Assembly: GCA_965261345.1 (NCBI GenBank)
Contig: OZ253449.1
Span: 2,080,001-2,144,000 of the forward strand
Direction of reading: 5' to 3'
Origin: Chloroflexota bacterium
GTDB lineage: Bacteria > Chloroflexota > UBA11872 > VXNJ01
Length of the DNA: 64,000 bases
Within the stretch, counting starts at the first letter, position 1; the number at the start of each line of letters is the position of its first letter. The notes under the pieces were generated by a model, which was not told the origin of the DNA, did no database searches, and saw only the letters and a program-made list of their open reading frames with translations. The translations under genes and the position numbers were made by a program. Of the stretch, positions 10,430 to 20,658 are shown piece after piece.

Positions 10430-11419
10430 ATGACCAACGTATCTCGCCGCCGCATTCTGCTGATGGCCTCCGGCTCGATTTCGGCGCTGGCATTGGCCGC
10501 ATGCGGGCAGGGCTCGGAACAACCGGCCAGCGTTCCGGCGCCGCAGGCCGCCGATCAATCGCCGGTCGCCGCGCAGCTTGGAGGCACCGTACTCATCGAC
10601 GGTTCGTCCACGGTCGGGCCGATTACCCAGGCGATTGCCGAAGAGTTCACCAAGCTGTACCCTGATGTTCGGATTCCGGTGGGGGTTTCCGGCTCCGGCG
10701 GCGGGTTCAAGAAGTTCTGCATCGGAGAGACCGATCTCTCAAATGCCTCGCGGCCGATCAAGCAGACCGAAATTGACCTGTGTGCCGAAAACGAGATTGA
10801 ATACGCGCAACTCACGGTTGCCTTCGACGGCCTGGCGGTCCTGGCCAATCCGTCCAATACCTGGGCTGACTGCCTAACCGTTGACGAGCTCAATTCGATC
10901 TGGGCCCCCGAGGCCGAGGAGTCGATCACCAACTGGTCACAAGTCCGCGAAGGATTTCCGGATCGCGACCTGGTTCTCTACGGCCCCGGGGTCGATTCGG
11001 GCACCTATGACTATTTCACCGACGTCATTAACGGCGAAGAAGGCGCCAGCCGCGGCGATTTCACGCCGTCTGAGGATGACAATGTGCTAGTCCAAGGCAT
11101 CGCCGGCGACAACGCTGCAACCGGGTTCATGGGCCTTGCTTATTACACCGCCAACGCTGACCGGCTCAAGTTGATCGGCGTTGACTCCGGTTCAGGCTGC
11201 ACTCTGCCCTCCGAAGCGACGGTAAATGACGGTACCTACTCGCCGCTCTCACGGCCGCTTTACATTTACGCGAGCTCAATTTCGGCAAGCCGCCCAGAGG
11301 TAACCGCATTCGTTAACTTCTATCTGGAAAATGCCAAGCACTTAGCCGCCGATGTCGGTTACGTTGCGCTGCCGGACGCGATGTATGCCGAACAGGTCGC
11401 GCTGTTTGAGTCCCTTTAG
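10430..11419 (+). CDS. pstS: Phosphate ABC transporter substrate-binding lipoprotein
   Basis: SRRRIL plus lipobox LAAC; [24 protein letters not shown] and LSRPLYIY. Confidence 0.95.
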   Translation: MTNVSRRRILLMASGSISALALAACGQGSEQPASVPAPQAADQSPVAAQLGGTVLIDGSSTVGPITQAIAEEFTKLYPDVRIPVGVSGSGGGFKKFCIGETDLSNASRPIKQTEIDLCAENEIEYAQLTVAFDGLAVLANPSNTWADCLTVDELNSIWAPEAEESITNWSQVREGFPDRDLVLYGPGVDSGTYDYFTDVINGEEGASRGDFTPSEDDNVLVQGIAGDNAATGFMGLAYYTANADRLKLIGVDSGSGCTLPSEATVNDGTYSPLSRPLYIYASSISASRPEVTAFVNFYLENAKHLAADVGYVALPDAMYAEQVALFESL

Positions 11420-11465
11420 GATTTGACCGTTTTGCGATCCACCCGGCTCCGGTAAACGCCTGACT

Positions 11466-12383
11466 ATGCAAGATACCGTGGCAGTGGACCTGTCGCCCAA
11501 GCGCAAGCGCCTGTTGGTGGAAGGTGCGGTTCGCACGGCGCTATTTGCCGCCGCCGCGGTCTCGGTGTTGACCACCGCGGGAATAATTGTCACCCTGCTG
11601 GGAGAGACGTTTCAGTTCTTCTTTCAGGTTTCACCGGTTGACTTTTTAACCGGTACCCGCTGGACCCCGCTATTTGCCTCGAAGAACTTTGGCGTCCTGC
11701 CGCTGGTTAACGGAACCATCGCAGTTGCCCTGGTGGCCATGACAATCGCAGTCCCCTTGGGGTTGATGGCGGCGATCTTTATGTCGGAGATCGCCAGCCC
11801 GCGATTGCGATCGGTCCTCAAACCGTTACTGGAGGTGCTGGCCGGCATCCCGACCGTTGTCTATGGATATTTCGCGTTGCTGTTCGTGACCCCTATCCTG
11901 CGATCGATCTTTCCCGACGCCGGGGTATTCAACGTGCTCTCGGCCGGGTTGGTGATGGGCTTTATGATCCTGCCGATGATGGCTTCAATTACCGAGGATG
12001 CGCTGCAGGCGGTTCCGGATGGCCTGCGCGAGGGAGCCTATGCGCTGGGCGCCACCAAACTGGAGGCGGCTTCGCGGGTGGTGGTGCCGGCGGCGCTGTC
12101 GGGAATTCTGGCGGCGGTAATTCTCTCCATCTCACGGGCGGTCGGCGAGACGATGATCGTTGCCATAGCCGCGGGCCAGCAGCCGCGTCTCGGCTTCGAC
12201 CTTTTGGGGTCGATGGAGACGATGACCGCCTACATCGTCCAAGTCTCACTGGGTGACACCCCGCAGGGGACAATCGAATACCAGACCATATTTGCGGTTG
12301 GCACGCTGCTGTTCGTTATGACGTTTGGCATGAACTTGCTGGGCGATTGGCTGGTGCGCCGCTTTCGCGAGGTGTATGAGTGA
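11466..12383 (+). CDS. pstC: Phosphate ABC transporter permease
   Basis: [19 protein letters not shown] and SRAVGETM motifs. Confidence 0.95.
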   Translation: MQDTVAVDLSPKRKRLLVEGAVRTALFAAAAVSVLTTAGIIVTLLGETFQFFFQVSPVDFLTGTRWTPLFASKNFGVLPLVNGTIAVALVAMTIAVPLGLMAAIFMSEIASPRLRSVLKPLLEVLAGIPTVVYGYFALLFVTPILRSIFPDAGVFNVLSAGLVMGFMILPMMASITEDALQAVPDGLREGAYALGATKLEAASRVVVPAALSGILAAVILSISRAVGETMIVAIAAGQQPRLGFDLLGSMETMTAYIVQVSLGDTPQGTIEYQTIFAVGTLLFVMTFGMNLLGDWLVRRFREVYE

Positions 12384-13264
12384 AGTTGGCCAACTGGTCT
12401 GACCCTCAGGTGCGCCGCGCCCGCTGGCGTGGCCTGCGTACCCGCGCCTTCTACGCCGTCACTTCAATCGCCATTGGGTTGGCCCTGGCAATCCTGGCAA
12501 TTCTGCTAATCGACGTCTTTGGACGAGGGATCCCGGAGCTGGACTGGGGCTTCATATCCAGTTTCCCGTCGCGTTTTCCCGAGCAATCGGGACTTCGATC
12601 GGCCCTGCTGGGGACCCTCTGGCTCATAGGCTTTACCGCCATGATCTCTTTCCCGCTGGGGGTGGCGGCGGCAGTTTACCTCGAAGAATATGCCGCCGAC
12701 GGTTGGATCACGCGCCTGATTCAAGTCAACATTGCCAACCTGGCGGGCGTCCCATCGGTGGTTTACGGCCTGCTCGGGTTGGGCCTTTTCGTCCGCAATC
12801 TGGGTCTTGGGCGGACGATCCTGGCCGGTGCCTTGACGATGTCGCTACTGGTATTGCCGATCATCATCGTCGCTTCCCGCGAAGCGCTGCGGGCGGTCCC
12901 CAACTCATTGCGCGAAGGCGGTTACGCGTTGGGAGCCAGTCGTTGGCAAGTCGTATACCGGATAGTTTTGCCGGCGGCCTTGCCCGGGATCCTAACCGGC
13001 ACCATCCTGGCGGTCGCGCGGGCAATTGGCGAAACCGCGCCGTTGATAACGATTGGCGCGCTAACCTACATCGCGTTTGACCCCCAGGGACCGCTCGACC
13101 TGTTTACCGTCCTGCCGATCCAGATATTTAACTGGGTTTCGCTGCCCAACCCCGAATTCGCATCCCTGGCGGCCGGCGGGATCGTGGTCCTGCTCTTGGT
13201 CCTCCTTGCTGCCAATCTGACCGCGATCGTCCTGCGGCATAGATTCGAAAGAGCCAACCGATGA
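12380..13264 (+). CDS. pstA: Phosphate ABC transporter permease
   Basis: [11 protein letters not shown] and [10 protein letters not shown] motifs; GTGA overlap with pstC. Confidence 0.95.
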   Translation: MKLANWSDPQVRRARWRGLRTRAFYAVTSIAIGLALAILAILLIDVFGRGIPELDWGFISSFPSRFPEQSGLRSALLGTLWLIGFTAMISFPLGVAAAVYLEEYAADGWITRLIQVNIANLAGVPSVVYGLLGLGLFVRNLGLGRTILAGALTMSLLVLPIIIVASREALRAVPNSLREGGYALGASRWQVVYRIVLPAALPGILTGTILAVARAIGETAPLITIGALTYIAFDPQGPLDLFTVLPIQIFNWVSLPNPEFASLAAGGIVVLLLVLLAANLTAIVLRHRFERANR

Positions 13265-14121
13265 TTGAGGCGAGATTGCAAAGTACCGATATCTCCGCCG
13301 CCGAAATCGCCACTTCCGCGGTGGACGCACACACAGAGCCCAACAGACTGGCCGGCGGCCAGGCGGTGCTTGCCACTGACGCGGTCGATTTTTGGTACGG
13401 GCGGACCCAGGTCCTGCGCGGCATTTCCCTGGAGATTGCCGAGCACCAGGTAACTGCGATCATCGGGCCTTCGGGTTGCGGCAAGAGCACCTATCTGCGG
13501 CTCTTTAATCGGATGAACGAGATGGTGCCAAATACCCGTGTGGGCGGACGGGTGACTTACCGTGGTCGCGACATATTCGCTCCCGGCGTGGATCCGGTTG
13601 AGGTGCGGCGGCGGATCGGGATGGTATTTCAAAAACCTAACCCATTCCCAAAATCGATCTATCAGAACGTGGCCTACGGACCGCGGATTAACGGGTATGC
13701 CGGGGATATGGACGAGCTGGTCGAGCGCTCGCTGCGTCAGGCGGCACTCTGGGACGAGGTCAAGTCCGATCTGAAAAAATCGGCGCTGGCGCTCTCGGGT
13801 GGCCAGCAGCAGCGCCTCTGCATTGCCCGGGCGATAGCCGTTCAACCGGACGTGATCCTCATGGACGAACCGTGTTCGGCGCTCGATCCCATCGCCACCA
13901 CCAAGATTGAAGACCTGATCCGCGAATTGTGCCGCAAGTTCACCATCGTGATCGTTACCCATAACATGCAGCAGGCCGCCCGAATTTCGGACGTTACCGC
14001 ATTTTTTCTAAACAATGACAACGGCGCGGGTGAACTGATCGAGTTCGACGAGACCCAGAAGGTATTTACCAACCCCTCCGATGAACGCACCGAGGCCTAC
14101 ATTACCGGCCGGTTTGGATAA
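13261..14121 (+). CDS. pstB: Phosphate ABC transporter ATPase
   Basis: [39 protein letters not shown] and YITGRFG. Confidence 0.96.
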   Translation: MIEARLQSTDISAAEIATSAVDAHTEPNRLAGGQAVLATDAVDFWYGRTQVLRGISLEIAEHQVTAIIGPSGCGKSTYLRLFNRMNEMVPNTRVGGRVTYRGRDIFAPGVDPVEVRRRIGMVFQKPNPFPKSIYQNVAYGPRINGYAGDMDELVERSLRQAALWDEVKSDLKKSALALSGGQQQRLCIARAIAVQPDVILMDEPCSALDPIATTKIEDLIRELCRKFTIVIVTHNMQQAARISDVTAFFLNNDNGAGELIEFDETQKVFTNPSDERTEAYITGRFG

Positions 14122-14127
14122 AGCAGA

Positions 14128-14793
14128 ATGGCGCTTCTACCGCAAAGACACGAGTACACCAAGAGCCTGGAGCTGGTCCAGGACCGGCTCATCATCATGG
14201 CCAACACCGTCGAGCGTTCGGTCGTCGACTGCATCGGCGCGCTGCGGCGCAGCGATCTTGACCGGGCTCGCCAGATCATTGCCGGCGACGACGAAATCGA
14301 CGCCCAAGAAGCCGAGATCGAGGAGCGTTGCATCGACATGATCGCAATGCAGAGCCCGCTCGCTTCGGACCTGCGACAGATAATCTCGGTGCTATTGATT
14401 GCGGCCGAGCTGGAGCGGGTCGGCGATTATGCCGAAGGGATCGCCAAGATCGTGATCCAGATGGGCGACGAACCGCCGCTGAAACCGCTAATAGATATCC
14501 CGCGAATGACCGATATCGCCACCGGGATGCTCCATACCGCAATGCTGGCATTTACCGAACGCGACGCAGAACGCGCCTTCGCGGTAAGGCACAGGGACGA
14601 TGAAATCGATCAGCTCTACCAACAGGTGCTGCGCGAATTGCTCTCGTACATGTTGGAGGATCCGGGCTCGGTTCGACGCGCCACGTACCTGATCTGGATC
14701 GCCCACACCCTGGAGCGCATTGCCGATCGCTCAGTCAATATTGCCGAACGGGCCCACTACTTTATTACCGGAACTCAGGGCGGATTAAAGTAA
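14128..14793 (+). CDS. phoU: Phosphate signalling protein
   Basis: Duplicated PhoU motifs ELERVGDYA and LERIADRSVNIAE. Confidence 0.95.
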   Translation: MALLPQRHEYTKSLELVQDRLIIMANTVERSVVDCIGALRRSDLDRARQIIAGDDEIDAQEAEIEERCIDMIAMQSPLASDLRQIISVLLIAAELERVGDYAEGIAKIVIQMGDEPPLKPLIDIPRMTDIATGMLHTAMLAFTERDAERAFAVRHRDDEIDQLYQQVLRELLSYMLEDPGSVRRATYLIWIAHTLERIADRSVNIAERAHYFITGTQGGLK

Positions 14794-14813
14794 TCGCCAG
14801 CTGACCCGGCGAC

Positions 14814-14844
14814 CGGCCGGTCGAACCGGCCGCTAGCATTTTTT
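14814..14844 (+). terminator. Hairpin between the convergent phoU and sulfatase genes (probable terminator)
   Basis: CGGCCGGT-cga-ACCGGCCG perfect 8-bp stem, followed 6 nt later by a T6 run. Confidence 0.55.
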
Positions 14845-16278
14845 ATCGAAGGCGTAGGTGTCGGGATCACGACCGCCGTACTCCTGGGCCGGGTGGTCAC
14901 CGGAGAGACCTTCGTAGGCGGACCCGGTGGCCGGACCCGGAAGTTGGTCTTCGGTCTCGATTAGGACATCGGCCAGAAGCCGGGTCATCTGAAAGCGCTG
15001 TTGAGCCCACTGCGGATCGCTGTAGAGGTTTTCCAACTCCAGCCGATCGCGGCTCAGGTCGTAGAGCTCGCCGTAGGGTTTGCCGCCGTAGTGGATCAGC
15101 TTCCACTCGTGGGTGCGGATCATCTTCATGTTCAATGATTCGGCGAACGCCCACTGCCGCCAAGGCACGTCCTCTTTGGCAAGGAGCTTCCGAAAACTTC
15201 GACCCTGCAGTCCGATGTGCCCGTCGACCCCGCAGAAATCGAGCACCGTGGGGACCAGGTCGACCGCCTGGACTAGGTCGGAAACGATCTGGCCGCCGTT
15301 GTATTCGCGCGGGTAGCGCACGATTAGCGGGGTGTGGACGATATGGTCGTAGAGCATTCGCCCCTTCCAGAGCACCCCGCGATGGCCGAGCATTTCGCCA
15401 TGGTCGGCAAAGAAGAAGATGACCGTATCGTCAAGCACCCCCTTTTCTTCAAGGGCTCCGAGCAACTTGCCGATTTCGCGATCGACCAACGAGATGGTGG
15501 CATAGTAGTAGGCTTTGACTCGCGCCAGTTTCTCCTCCGTCAGCAGCGAAAAATCCTTCTGCCCGGAACTGGTCCGATATTCAGGGAATCGCATGGTCTG
15601 CGATCGGTTGAAATCAGTCGGAATTTCCATGTCCGCCGGATCGTACATGTCAGCAATCGAATCGGGTGGGTCGAATGGCATGTGCGGGTTGCAAAAGGAG
15701 AACCAGGCAAAGAATGGCTCCTCCGAATTGGCCGTCAACATGGCTGTCCCCTCCCGGCCGATATGGGTGTCGATGTAGTTTTCGTCTCCTAGCGGAAAGA
15801 TCGAGGCGCCGAAATTTTCGACGTCGTCCCAATGGGTTACGTGTTCGAAATAGCGTTGGTCAAGACGCTTTTGCTTGAGCATCGTGCGGTATTCGTCATA
15901 TTCGGAGAACATCTTGCCTTCGACGAATACACGGTCGGTAAATCCGTGGTTTTGCTCGATCGGCGTAAAGTGCATCTTGCCGATCGCCATGGTGTGGTAT
16001 TCGGCTCCACCCAGCATGCTGGCCAGATTGGGGGTTTCCGGCAGGTCGTACCAGTTCCAGCGGACCCCGGTGACCTTGGGATAGCGGCCGGTGAAAATTG
16101 AGGCCCGCGAGGGTTGGCAGACTGGCGACTGGACGAAAAATTTTTCGCAGAGTACGCCCTCGTTGGCCAATCGATCAATGTTGGGGGTGCGAACCCGGCC
16201 GCCGCTGGTAACGCCCAGCGCATCGTAGCGCAGTTGATCCATGCTGATAAAAAGCACATTGGGGCGTTTATCGCTCAC
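14833..16278 (-). CDS. Cys-type sulfatase
   Basis: PNVLFISMDQLRYD, CQPSR, GKMHF, PHMPFDP, ADHGE and GELYDL. Confidence 0.92.
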   Translation of the reverse strand: MSDKRPNVLFISMDQLRYDALGVTSGGRVRTPNIDRLANEGVLCEKFFVQSPVCQPSRASIFTGRYPKVTGVRWNWYDLPETPNLASMLGGAEYHTMAIGKMHFTPIEQNHGFTDRVFVEGKMFSEYDEYRTMLKQKRLDQRYFEHVTHWDDVENFGASIFPLGDENYIDTHIGREGTAMLTANSEEPFFAWFSFCNPHMPFDPPDSIADMYDPADMEIPTDFNRSQTMRFPEYRTSSGQKDFSLLTEEKLARVKAYYYATISLVDREIGKLLGALEEKGVLDDTVIFFFADHGEMLGHRGVLWKGRMLYDHIVHTPLIVRYPREYNGGQIVSDLVQAVDLVPTVLDFCGVDGHIGLQGRSFRKLLAKEDVPWRQWAFAESLNMKMIRTHEWKLIHYGGKPYGELYDLSRDRLELENLYSDPQWAQQRFQMTRLLADVLIETEDQLPGPATGSAYEGLSGDHPAQEYGGRDPDTYAFDKKC

Positions 16279-16348
16279 TGGTTACTCCAGGTGAGGGGAT
16301 GTATCTGGATTGCCGACCGAAGACATGGTATTTCCGACCGAAACCTGC

Positions 16349-16771
16349 TCAACGGCGCCAAATGCGGATTCGACCGCTCGGAGGGTCGAGCTCCACGCGG
16401 TCGCCGGTGGTGATGCTGTGCACGGGGTCGGGTTCCGGCCAGGCCATGAGCGGGAGATTGGCCAGCACCGCGCCCTGGACCATTACCGGATTGGTGCTGG
16501 CAAAAACCAGAGCCAGGGGCGCCAGATTCCGCGAAGCCATTTCCGCGAGCATCCACGACGTTGCAATCCCACCCTTGGCGGTGGGGAAAACAAGCACCTT
16601 GCCGACGTAACTCTGGCCGTAGAGGTCATGGGTTGGGCGTGAGAAAAAGCCGCGTTCGCGGTCCAGGTCGTAGCGGGCAGAAAACCCCGATTCTGACACC
16701 AATGCTTCGCCGGTTACGCGGGCACCCACGCCCGGCGGTCCCTGCAGCTCCAGATCGGGCGCCCGGTTCAA
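16349..16771 (-). CDS. Aconitase X swivel (small) subunit, DUF126
   Basis: GEALVS...HDLYGQSYVGKVLVFPTAKG...APLALVF...GAVLANLP...TGDRVELD. Probable TTG start at 16771 overlaps the large-subunit TGA. Confidence 0.82.
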   Translation of the reverse strand: MNRAPDLELQGPPGVGARVTGEALVSESGFSARYDLDRERGFFSRPTHDLYGQSYVGKVLVFPTAKGGIATSWMLAEMASRNLAPLALVFASTNPVMVQGAVLANLPLMAWPEPDPVHSITTGDRVELDPPSGRIRIWRR

Positions 16772-18006
16772 GGCAATACCCCCGAAATTGCCGCTTCCAC
16801 GCACTGGGCGGTATCGCGCAGGGCCGGCTGGTAGCCGTATCCGGCGATGATGTTGGCCAATTTGGCCGAATCTGTCACGAGTGTGCGAACTTTCCGATCA
16901 CGCAGAAGTTCATGTGGGGCCATCACGTAAAAACAGGTGCCGGCCACCAGTTCAACCCCGGCCGATTCAAGCGTGGCGGCATGTCCCAGGCGGCCGGCTT
17001 CCAGCCGGGCCATCGGCGAGGTTGTAATCAGGCACAGTACGTCGCTGGCGATCTTCTGGCCGGCGAACCGATCGGCAAGATCACCAATTTCCGGCGGCGA
17101 GAGTTGCGGGGCCGAGAACGCGACCACGTCGACCGACCTTTTCTGCGGCTGAAACTCATTTATGAACGCGGCCACCGACCGGTCATCGATTAGGACCGTC
17201 CGCTCTGGCTGGCGTCCCCCAAACGCGGTGGCCACGCTGGGCGCTTCGGGGGTCATTCCCACCCAATGAAACATGGGGGTGGAACCGAAACTGGCCAGCG
17301 CGGCGCCGAAGAATTTGAGTTCATCCGGCGACGGTCTGCCCGGGTCACCAACCAGGCAGGGGATCTTCCAATAGTCGTTGAGTTGGCGCCCGATGAGTCC
17401 GCCCAACGCGCTCCACTGGGCCCGGCCGCGCGGGCGGGCCGTGACCTTGACTAGTACACTGGCCCGGCGGCGCTCGTCAAGATGCATTCCGTAGCGAGGG
17501 GTGCGTCCGGTCAGCCCGGCGCTAAGTGCGGCCGGACCGGCTTCGAAATTGGAGCGGGCGCCACAGATCGAATTGGCCCAGATCACGGTGCCGGTATCGC
17601 CCCAGGCGAGCGGTTCGGACAGGTGCGGCTGGTCCAGCAGCTGGTAATTGACGCAGGTCAGGCACATGTGAGCGCCCATCCTGGCCAGCGACTGGCAGAT
17701 GCCTTCGGTGCGCGTGTGCCAGACCTCCCGCTGGCCGATTGCCCCGGGGCGATCGAGGTCGGCGGCGCCGGCATTAATTGTTGTGAAAACCCTAAATCGC
17801 GCCGACTGGTCGGCCAGCGAGTTCAAATGGGCGACGCCAAAATCGCGCAACGATTCGGCGTCGGCGGCCAGATGGGCCGAGCGAATCGGTACGAAATCCT
17901 GCGCCCCGAAAAAAGCACCGACCTTGATTTGGTAAGCTAGCGCCGTCTGGGCCGCCGGACCGGCCTCGCCGGCCAGGATCGCCGCTTCCTCGGAATCTAG
18001 CCGCAT
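16768..18006 (-). CDS. Aconitase X catalytic (large) subunit, DUF521
   Basis: L..EE..IL.GEAG N-terminus, TCVNY, ANSICGARSN, LTGRTPRYGMH, FHWVGMTPEA and TDSAKLA. Start at ATG 18006 (MRLD). Confidence 0.88.
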   Translation of the reverse strand: MRLDSEEAAILAGEAGPAAQTALAYQIKVGAFFGAQDFVPIRSAHLAADAESLRDFGVAHLNSLADQSARFRVFTTINAGAADLDRPGAIGQREVWHTRTEGICQSLARMGAHMCLTCVNYQLLDQPHLSEPLAWGDTGTVIWANSICGARSNFEAGPAALSAGLTGRTPRYGMHLDERRRASVLVKVTARPRGRAQWSALGGLIGRQLNDYWKIPCLVGDPGRPSPDELKFFGAALASFGSTPMFHWVGMTPEAPSVATAFGGRQPERTVLIDDRSVAAFINEFQPQKRSVDVVAFSAPQLSPPEIGDLADRFAGQKIASDVLCLITTSPMARLEAGRLGHAATLESAGVELVAGTCFYVMAPHELLRDRKVRTLVTDSAKLANIIAGYGYQPALRDTAQCVEAAISGVLP

Positions 18007-18811
18007 CGTTTGGGTCGCTTGTTTGGTAGAGGGGCAATTGCAGGGTACGGCCAGATTGCTGGCCGAACCCATCGATTTTGCCTAAAGTGCTGCGAACGGC
18101 ACTCAAATTTGTAAGAATTTGCCATCAAACCGGCGGCTGCCAGGCAGTCCCTAGGGTGCTTGCCAATTAATTTCAGGCCGGTTGCCATCTGCGAGGCGAT
18201 GAAGCTATATTGGCCGCGTTGGTAGTGGCCGCCCCACCCTGTTTTGAATCTGGAATTTACGGCCTACGCCGACCCCGTTTGTCCTGCCCAACGTCTGCAC
18301 TGCACCCGCGGTGGGCGGTTGGACGCCGGTCAAATCACCGCTGGCGGTCATGGTACCCAAACCCACAGGGTCGGCGTGGCACCGCTCTGTCGGCGCCCGG
18401 TCGACCTGCCGTCGCAGGCGGGCATGACGGTGCGATCGCTTGGGCAGAAGGCCTGCCAATGTTTTGTTGCGGCGGCTACCGGTGCGCTGGTTCCTCCCCG
18501 GGACCTGCCAGCGGATTTGGGGCTGCGCGCTTGCATCTTTTCGCGGGAAATGGGCAACGCGGTCGCCCGCGCCGCGGTGATTTTGAGGATTGGCGCCGTA
18601 ACGATCGATATTCTTTGCCGCGCACGGCATTGTGCCGCTGATTCCCGCATTGTTTGCTTCCCGCAGAGAACCTTGGTCGGTTAGATGGCGCGGTTGTCCT
18701 GGCGTCCTTGCCTGGCCACCGACAATTTGCGGCCGCCCGCTCTCAACGGTTATGGCTCCGTTTTAGCTGATGCGCGTCCGCCAAGCTTGACTCTTCCCGG
18801 TCGTAGGTCCG

Positions 18812-20008
18812 ATGGCGGCGATGACCCAACAGGATAAATTTCCGCTCCGCGCTTTGCTGCCGCTGCTTTGCATAACCGGATTGGCCGCCGCCGGCTGGAT
18901 GACCTCGATGTCGTTTCTATCCAGTCTGCTGGCCAGCCAGTTCGAAGCCGGGATCTGGTCGGCGGCATTGATCATGATTGCGGTTCACACCGGCTCTTTC
19001 ACACTTGGCGGCTGGGTATCGCTGCGGGTGGTCAATCGCTGGGGTTCCAAGGCGTCCTACGTCACCGGGATCGCAATTCTGGGTCTTTACTTGGCATTTT
19101 TGGGAGCCACCGAGAACCTCCTGGTTGGCGTCCCGTTGGGCTTCCTGGCCGGCTTCGGCCTGGCAATGCATTGGACCGGATTGCAAAACTACACCCTGGA
19201 GATCGCCCCGCCCAAGCATCGGGGAATGATCTCCGGATCGGTCTCATTCGTAATAGTTGGATCGGTCGGCGTTTCCGGCCTGGTGCTGGGGATAGTTACC
19301 GGTGACGGCGGCCTTGTCCGCTTCGTCTCGATTGCCGCGTCGATGGTCGGACTGGCCTTCGTGTTGGCGCTCCTATTTCTTCCCCGGACCGAACGGAAGA
19401 TACCGAGAAGTTCGTCCGGGTCGGTTTTTGCCGCGCTCAAGGACACCAACCTGCGTCGCATGGCCTATGTGCGCTCGGCGCACGCATCGGCTTTCGTGCT
19501 TTTCAATTTGATGGCCGGCCCGCGTCTGCTGGAGATTGGCGGCGGCCTTGAGTATGTCGGCTATCTGGCCTTTGCCGGATCGATATCCGGCGGGGTTGCG
19601 CAATTGCTGGTTGGTTACCTTTCGGACTTGTTGGGCCGAACCGGACTTCTCTACTTGTTGCTGGCGATTTCGATCACCGCCTGCCTTTCCTTCATAATGG
19701 CCGACAGCGTCTATCTGCTTTTGCTGATTACCTCGTTGCACTGGTTTTCGCAATTTGCATTCCAGACCGTTCTCGTTCCCCTGGGCGGAGACCTCTCGCC
19801 GCCCGGCCAGACTGCCGACGCGATGGCCCTGTTAACGATCGCCTACTCCTTTGGCTTGGTGGCCGGCGGGACCTATGTCGGGTTACTGTCCTTCTCCCCG
19901 TGGCCCGATGCCGGATTCGTTATCACTGCGATCCTGCTGGCATTGGCAATCCCATCGGTCTTCCGCCTGCGATCGCGGTTGGAGAGCTTGGCGGCAGCCG
20001 CGGCATGA
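18812..20008 (+). CDS. Major facilitator superfamily transporter
   Basis: About 12 hydrophobic segments; motif A-like GYLSDLLGR and APPKHRG. Confidence 0.88.
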   Translation: MAAMTQQDKFPLRALLPLLCITGLAAAGWMTSMSFLSSLLASQFEAGIWSAALIMIAVHTGSFTLGGWVSLRVVNRWGSKASYVTGIAILGLYLAFLGATENLLVGVPLGFLAGFGLAMHWTGLQNYTLEIAPPKHRGMISGSVSFVIVGSVGVSGLVLGIVTGDGGLVRFVSIAASMVGLAFVLALLFLPRTERKIPRSSSGSVFAALKDTNLRRMAYVRSAHASAFVLFNLMAGPRLLEIGGGLEYVGYLAFAGSISGGVAQLLVGYLSDLLGRTGLLYLLLAISITACLSFIMADSVYLLLLITSLHWFSQFAFQTVLVPLGGDLSPPGQTADAMALLTIAYSFGLVAGGTYVGLLSFSPWPDAGFVITAILLALAIPSVFRLRSRLESLAAAAA

Positions 20009-20658
20009 TCTCGAAAGCGCGGGCCTCGCTGCTCGACCTCTACGCCCACAGACCGCGGCTCATTAACGGGGTTCCCTATCAAACCGCGGCCACCAGCTGG
20101 GCCTGGTTCTGGCGTGACCTTATTCTGCGGATGCCCCCGGTGGTCGGATTGCCGGTTGCCCGGGCCCTATTTGACGGTGGCCTGGCCGGTTGGGCGCTGC
20201 CGGATTTGCAGGGCTTCCTGGTGACCGCCGCCGCCGCCGCCGCGGTATTTGCAGTTTGTAGCGCCTTTGTCTTCTATTACCCTTCGCAGCAGTACCGTTG
20301 GACCGGCGGTGGACTGGCGATCGGCGGATTCTTTTTCCTCGTATCCAACCCGGTGGTCGAAGAGCTTTTTTGGCGGGCGTTTCTGCAGGATTTGCTCACC
20401 GATCACATTACGCTTGCGCCCGCACTGGTGATTACCTCGCTGCTTTTTGGTTTCCACCATTGGTTCGCCGGATTCGGATTGCGCTTCATTGCTTTGGCAA
20501 CCCTGGGCGGGCTGGTGTTCGGCGGAATGTTCGTCTACAGCCAATCCCTCCTAGCCCCGGTGATCGCACACTCGCTGGCCGACCTGGCCCTCTTCGTATC
20601 CGGGCCGCCCTTAAAATTGCGACGCTCGCTAGAAAGCGCCCAGTCCTTGTCCTCGTAG
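20005..20658 (+). CDS. CPBP (CAAX/Abi) family intramembrane glutamic endopeptidase
   Basis: EELFWR, FGFHH and IAHSLAD motifs. ATG at 20005 overlaps the MFS stop (ATGA). Its own stop lies inside the tRNA. Confidence 0.85.
   Translation: MISKARASLLDLYAHRPRLINGVPYQTAATSWAWFWRDLILRMPPVVGLPVARALFDGGLAGWALPDLQGFLVTAAAAAAVFAVCSAFVFYYPSQQYRWTGGGLAIGGFFFLVSNPVVEELFWRAFLQDLLTDHITLAPALVITSLLFGFHHWFAGFGLRFIALATLGGLVFGGMFVYSQSLLAPVIAHSLADLALFVSGPPLKLRRSLESAQSLSS

Noticed and set aside
14833-16278. Phosphonate monoester hydrolase linked to the pst operon
   Set aside because: It keeps the sulfatase-type GKMH motif and is convergent with pst, belonging instead to the acnX unit.
18205-18684. Overlapping 100-146 aa ORFs on both strands
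   Set aside because: No motifs, no clear RBS, and composition typical of GC-rich non-coding frames.
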